A program made the position numbers and the translations under genes. From Chlamydiota bacterium (lineage in GTDB: Bacteria; Chlamydiota; Chlamydiia; Chlamydiales; SM23-39), in assembly GCA_038534095.1 (NCBI GenBank), contig JBCAXK010000039.1:1-14386 (forward strand): DNA of 14,386 nucleotides. The letters run 5' to 3'. Below, one piece after another: positions 9,559 through 14,386 of the stretch (its first letter is position 1; every line of letters starts with the position of its first letter). The notes below the pieces were generated by a model, which saw only the letters and a list, made by a program, of their open reading frames with translations, did not search any database and was not told where the DNA came from.

Positions 9559-9927
9559 ATGCCTAGAATTATAGGAAAAGATATACCAGACAAAAAAAGA
9601 TTGATCATTAGCTTGCAATATATTTATGGCATTGGTCCTGCGCTAGCTACTGAAGCCATCAAAAAATTGTCCCTCGATCCCAACATGCCCGCGGAAAAAC
9701 TCACCGAAAGTGATATCGCAAAATTGAATCAGCTCCTCCAATCAGAGTATGTAGTGGAAGGGGATTTGCGACGGGAAGTCAGAGGAAATATCAATCGACT
9801 CATCTCTATCGGCTCCTATCGGGGTCTTCGTCACCGATTAGGTCTACCTACAAGAGGTCAAGGGACACAAAAAAATGCGCGCACTCGTAAGGGTAAGAAA
9901 AAGACCGTTGCGAATAAGAAAATGTAA
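9559..9927 (+). CDS. rpsM: 30S ribosomal protein S13
   Basis: Start taken as ATG 9559 (MPRIIG) after AAGGA. Motifs IYGIG, EGDLRRE, YRGLRHR.GLP.RGQ and NARTRKG. Confidence 0.98.
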   Translation: MPRIIGKDIPDKKRLIISLQYIYGIGPALATEAIKKLSLDPNMPAEKLTESDIAKLNQLLQSEYVVEGDLRREVRGNINRLISIGSYRGLRHRLGLPTRGQGTQKNARTRKGKKKTVANKKM

Positions 9928-9938
9928 GGAGAGTTACT

Positions 9939-10373
9939 TTGTCAAAAGATAAATTAGCAAAAAAAACAAAAAAATCAACGATTACAAATAAAGCGCTTGT
10001 AAAGACAAGGAAAAAAGCTTACAGAACCGTTCCGACAGGCACTGTCCATGTCAAAGCGACGTTTAATAACACCATCATCACCATCACCGATCCGTCTGGC
10101 AACGTACTTGCCTGGTCTTCTTCAGGGAAGAATAACTTTTCAGGATCAAAAAAATCGTCCGCTTTTGCTGCAACCGTTGCGGCGCAATCTGCAGCTAAGG
10201 TAGCGCAAACGATGGGATTAAAAGAATGTGAAGTCAACCTAAAAGGCGCTGGCTTAGGCAGAGAATCTGCTGTACGTGGTATCTTAATGGCTGGTCTTAA
10301 TATTACGACTGTTCGCGATAAAACTCCTGTGCCACATAACGGCTGTCGTCCTCGGAAAAGAAGACGAGTATAA
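9939..10373 (+). CDS. rpsK: 30S ribosomal protein S11
   Basis: TTG start after AAGGAG. Motifs ATFNNTIITITD..GN, GRESA.R and TPVPHNGCRPRKRRRV. Confidence 0.98.
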   Translation: MSKDKLAKKTKKSTITNKALVKTRKKAYRTVPTGTVHVKATFNNTIITITDPSGNVLAWSSSGKNNFSGSKKSSAFAATVAAQSAAKVAQTMGLKECEVNLKGAGLGRESAVRGILMAGLNITTVRDKTPVPHNGCRPRKRRRV

Positions 10374-10392
10374 ACTTACATAGAGGAACAAA

Positions 10393-11484
10393 ATGTCTTT
10401 AAAATATGGTAAATTTGAAATGCCAGAAGCGATTAAAGTAGACGAATCTACCAGGTCTTCTACTTTTTCCCGTTTCATTATCGAAGCTTTCGAAAAGGGA
10501 TTTGCTCACAGCATTGGCAATCCTCTTCGCAGAATTATGCATACATCTTTAGAAGCGCCTGCGATTGTTTCTGTGCGCATCGAAGGAGTATCTCACGAAT
10601 ACGCAGCTGTTGATGGGATCATCGAAGATATGACCCGCGTAGTTTTGAATTTCAAAGGGGCGCTTTTACGTTATCTACCAGAAGAGGAAAGAGAACGAAG
10701 AAAAATGCATATTGTGTCAAAAACGCTCAATATCACCTCGGATATGATTCAAGAAAACGGAGGACAGTACAAGGTGCGACTTGAAGATGTCGTTGGCGTA
10801 TCTCCTTTTGAAATGATCAATCCAGATCTTCACCTGTTTACTGTGACAAAAGAGTGCAGCCGTCAAATCGATCTAAAAATTGCGATCGGACGGGGATACA
10901 TTCCTGCTGATCGTCATAAGGTGGATCGTTTGATCGATGAGATCGTGATCGATTCTGCTTTTTCTCCAGTACGCCTTGTGAATTACTACGTGGAAAATAC
11001 CCGCGTTGGACAAGATACCGATTTCGATCGGCTCATTTTTGAAGTGACAACAGATGGTCGGGTGACGCCCGAAGAAGCCCTCTCTTTTGCCTCCCAAATT
11101 GCTGTCCAGCATCTTAGTGTCTTTGATCATGTAAAGCCGCAAGCGATTTCCTTTGATCAAGAAGAAGTGGAAAGCAACAAAGATCGCAACGAGCTTTTAG
11201 CTAAGTTATCTTTGAAAATCGGTGAAATTGAACTTTCTGTTCGGTCAACAAATTGCCTACAGAGCGCTGATATCGAAACAATAGGCGATCTTGTGATTAT
11301 GCCAGAATATGAGATGCTCAAGTTCCGCAATTTCGGGAAGAAATCCCTAACAGAAATCAAGCAAAAGCTAGAAGAAATGGGACTTCATTTAGGGATGGAT
11401 CTTGCGAGATATGGCATTACAAGAGAAAACATCAAAACTGTGATCACCGAATATCTGGAAGAACAAACAGGAGTTGAGGCATGA
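10393..11484 (+). CDS. rpoA: DNA-directed RNA polymerase subunit alpha
   Basis: Motifs GN.LRR, HEY...DGIIED, GRGY.PA, IDS.FSPV and V.NTRVGQ.TDFDRL. Alpha-CTD motifs ELSVRS.NCL and [10 protein letters not shown]. Confidence 0.99.
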   Translation: MSLKYGKFEMPEAIKVDESTRSSTFSRFIIEAFEKGFAHSIGNPLRRIMHTSLEAPAIVSVRIEGVSHEYAAVDGIIEDMTRVVLNFKGALLRYLPEEERERRKMHIVSKTLNITSDMIQENGGQYKVRLEDVVGVSPFEMINPDLHLFTVTKECSRQIDLKIAIGRGYIPADRHKVDRLIDEIVIDSAFSPVRLVNYYVENTRVGQDTDFDRLIFEVTTDGRVTPEEALSFASQIAVQHLSVFDHVKPQAISFDQEEVESNKDRNELLAKLSLKIGEIELSVRSTNCLQSADIETIGDLVIMPEYEMLKFRNFGKKSLTEIKQKLEEMGLHLGMDLARYGITRENIKTVITEYLEEQTGVEA

Positions 11485-11903
11485 GACACCGGAAACGTAC
11501 TTGTAAACTAGGAAGAAATTCCTCACATAGGCGCTGTTTATTTGCCAACCTGTTAAAAAGTTTGATCATCCATGATCGGATTGAAACCACTCTTGCCAAG
11601 GGAAAAGAGCTGAAGCGTCGGGGTGATCGTATCATTACTCTAGCGAAAAAAGGCACACTTGCCGCAAGAAGAAAGGCCATTGCTGAGCTTATGATTCGGT
11701 ACAACACCTTATCTCCCAAAGAGAAAAAGCAGGCGAAAAATGGGGATACATCCTCATACAATGATGATCGCCATGTGATTGGAAAGTTGTTCGATCAATT
11801 GCACCTTCGCTATCAAGACCGACAAGGAGGATATACAAGAATCATCCGTTCTCCTGTCCGCGTCGGAGATGCAGCGCAAAAAGTGATTGTTGAATACATC
11901 TAG
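11481..11903 (+). CDS. rplQ: 50S ribosomal protein L17
   Basis: Motifs MRHRK...[24 protein letters not shown] and R.GDAA. ATGA overlap with rpoA. Confidence 0.98.
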   Translation: MRHRKRTCKLGRNSSHRRCLFANLLKSLIIHDRIETTLAKGKELKRRGDRIITLAKKGTLAARRKAIAELMIRYNTLSPKEKKQAKNGDTSSYNDDRHVIGKLFDQLHLRYQDRQGGYTRIIRSPVRVGDAAQKVIVEYI

Positions 11904-11904
11904 A

Positions 11905-11928
11905 AGCGGCTCTTGCTGCCGCTCTTTC
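11905..11928 (+). terminator. Putative (weak) intrinsic terminator after rplQ
   Basis: AGCGGC-(TCTTGCT)-GCCGCT stem-loop starts 1 nt after the rplQ stop and is followed only by CTTTC (short U tract). Confidence 0.5.
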
Positions 11929-12013
11929 CGAGCAGTTTTCTCGTGTAATTATCAGAGTCTTTTTTACGAAGTGTTTGGCAGAAATTTCTCTCCGCTTTTT
12001 CAAAACGCCGACC

Positions 12014-12042
12014 TTTACACAGGAAAAACTCTTCTATATAGT
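12014..12042 (+). promoter_or_regulatory. Putative sigma70/sigma66 promoter for gapA-grgA
   Basis: TTTACA (12014-12019), a 17 nt spacer, then TATAGT (12037-12042). Each hexamer matches TTGACA/TATAAT at 5 of 6 positions. Located about 30 nt upstream of the gapA ATG. Confidence 0.65.
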
Positions 12043-12044
12043 GA

Positions 12045-13082
<1,038 letters not shown>

Positions 13083-13085
13083 GCC

Positions 13086-13862
13086 GTGTTTTTTACTAGA
13101 GAACCTATTATTGAAAGTATCATCACCCCAAGAGAAGGGTGTAAATTAGTCATTAGAAGCAGCAAAGGATCTTCGCAGGAAGACTATTACGTCGATGCTG
13201 TTGAGATCGTTTCTTTTGGCCATTCCATTTTTTATCGATCCTTAGAGAAACCCAAATCCTTTCTTTTACCCATACAAGACTACGAGGTACTAGAACTGAA
13301 AGAGACCAGGATGGTCTTAAAAAATGCAAATTTGGAAGGATCGATTAAAATTGCAGGAGGAAAAGATCCTGCTCCCTTATCTGCAGAAACCAAAGAACTC
13401 CCAAAGAAAAGACGCTCTCGTCGCAAAAGAGCATCTTCTGAGAAAACCTCTCCCAAAAAAGAGGTATCTCCAGAAGAGACGATTGGAGAGCCCGTCTCAG
13501 AGCCTGCAGAGTCTCCGGTAGAGGAGAATCAGCCCTATTTATCTACGCTTCTTCCGCCTCCGCCTATTTTGATCAAAGAGACGCTCTCTAGAACGAAAGA
13601 AGAGGAAATTTTGTCGGCGAATACCTATCCAGAAGAAGAGGCATCCTTTGAAGGGGACGAGTCAAAAGATGCAGGGGAAAATAAGGACGCTGTTTCTCAA
13701 GATTCTGCTGAGACCGAGTCTTCTCTAGAAGTAAAAAACGCCTCCTTAAAAGATGAGGAGAACAAAACTCCTGAAAAGGAGGCAGCAAGTCCAGAGCCTC
13801 TTCCGATCGTTTCAGAAAACGAAAATGGGTTTCAAGATTCGACTGCAGAATCTGATACGTAA
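13086..13862 (+). CDS. grgA: GrgA-family chlamydial transcription regulator (CT504-like)
   Basis: N-terminus MFFTREPIIESIITPREGCKL...DYEVLE.K...KIAGG resembles GrgA as I recall it ([21 protein letters not shown]...DYEVME...KIAGG). It also has a basic central patch, an LLPPP motif and an acidic tail. Position immediately after gapA matches CT505/CT504. GTG start. Confidence 0.85.
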   Translation: MFFTREPIIESIITPREGCKLVIRSSKGSSQEDYYVDAVEIVSFGHSIFYRSLEKPKSFLLPIQDYEVLELKETRMVLKNANLEGSIKIAGGKDPAPLSAETKELPKKRRSRRKRASSEKTSPKKEVSPEETIGEPVSEPAESPVEENQPYLSTLLPPPPILIKETLSRTKEEEILSANTYPEEEASFEGDESKDAGENKDAVSQDSAETESSLEVKNASLKDEENKTPEKEAASPEPLPIVSENENGFQDSTAESDT

Positions 13863-13876
13863 AACAGTTTTTTTGT

Positions 13877-13907
13877 GAGAGCCTCCAAGCGGAGGTTCTC
13901 TCTGTAT
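13877..13907 (+). terminator. Stem-loop after grgA (putative terminator or 3' stabiliser)
   Basis: GAGAGCCTCC-(AAGC)-GGAGGTTCTC forms a 10-bp stem with one G-U pair, 14 nt after the stop. The tail TCTGTAT is only weakly U-rich. Confidence 0.55.
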
Positions 13908-13990
13908 CCACAAAGCGTGCCTACCTACTGAGACTGTTGGAAGTTCGATGCATTTTTGTTGTGGTTGTCTTTGTGAGCACTTGTAGACTT

Positions 13991-14013
13991 AAAAAAACGG
14001 AAAGACCGCTCTT
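13991..14013 (-). terminator. Putative terminator for the minus-strand ORF
   Basis: The minus strand reads AAGAGCGG-TCTTT-CCG-TTTTTTT: a short stem followed by a 7-T run, about 55 nt downstream of the ORF stop. Confidence 0.4.
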
Positions 14014-14067
14014 GCATCTTGCTCTGTAGGGAGCTATTTTCAAAATACATCGATACATTACCCCTTC

Positions 14068-14386
14068 TCAATTAAGTGTTGCTAGCCAACTATATGCAGA
14101 CCAAGCATACCAAGCAGACCAACTCGACAGCTCTTTTTTTAGAGATTCGTGGAGCGCTTTCAACTCCTTTTCCCACTTCGTTAAAGCTTGATGATACGCT
14201 TCGATCACGTAGCTTGATTCTATATCTAATTTTGTTGCTGTCTCATGTTCAGTTGTTTTATTCCCTGAAAATTTTAGCGCTGTTTGGAGCTGCGTAAGAA
14301 GAGCGTGCATGTGCCTGTATAAATCCTTTGTTTTAGTAGCGCTAGTTTTTTGTATATATTTCGTCAAGAATTGAGTCATACATACA
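14068..14386 (-). CDS. Hypothetical protein (start at ATG 14379 or upstream of the window edge)
   Basis: At least 103 codons open, and the frame stays open to the window edge. Helical/heptad-like composition. Convergent with grgA and followed by a terminator-like element. No recognisable family. Confidence 0.6.
   Translation of the reverse strand, partial: VCMTQFLTKYIQKTSATKTKDLYRHMHALLTQLQTALKFSGNKTTEHETATKLDIESSYVIEAYHQALTKWEKELKALHESLKKELSSWSAWYAWSAYSWLATLN

Noticed and set aside
14076..14297. 73-aa plus-strand ORF opposite the terminal orphan
   Set aside because: It is shorter than and nested within the minus-strand ORF, which has more protein-like composition and a downstream terminator-like element.

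Overview
Mostly housekeeping DNA: the fused S10-spc-alpha ribosomal protein superoperon on the + strand (5'-truncated rplC through rplQ, including secY and rpoA). It is followed by gapA, a homologue of the chlamydial transcription factor GrgA (CT504-like), and the 3' part of a convergent orphan ORF on the - strand. Gene order, the absence of rpsN, rpmD, adk/map/infA/rpmJ and rpsD from their usual slots, the inserts in L23, RpoA and L17, and the rplQ-gapA-grgA linkage all point to phylum Chlamydiota, probably a divergent non-Chlamydiaceae (environmental) lineage. rpmC (L29, 4048-4227) is missing from the supplied ORF track but is clearly present. I found no mobile element, CRISPR array, RNA gene or convincing novel system. 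The points most worth following up are the GrgA homologue with its apparent gapA-grgA promoter, the orphan ORF, and substitutions in normally highly conserved motifs.
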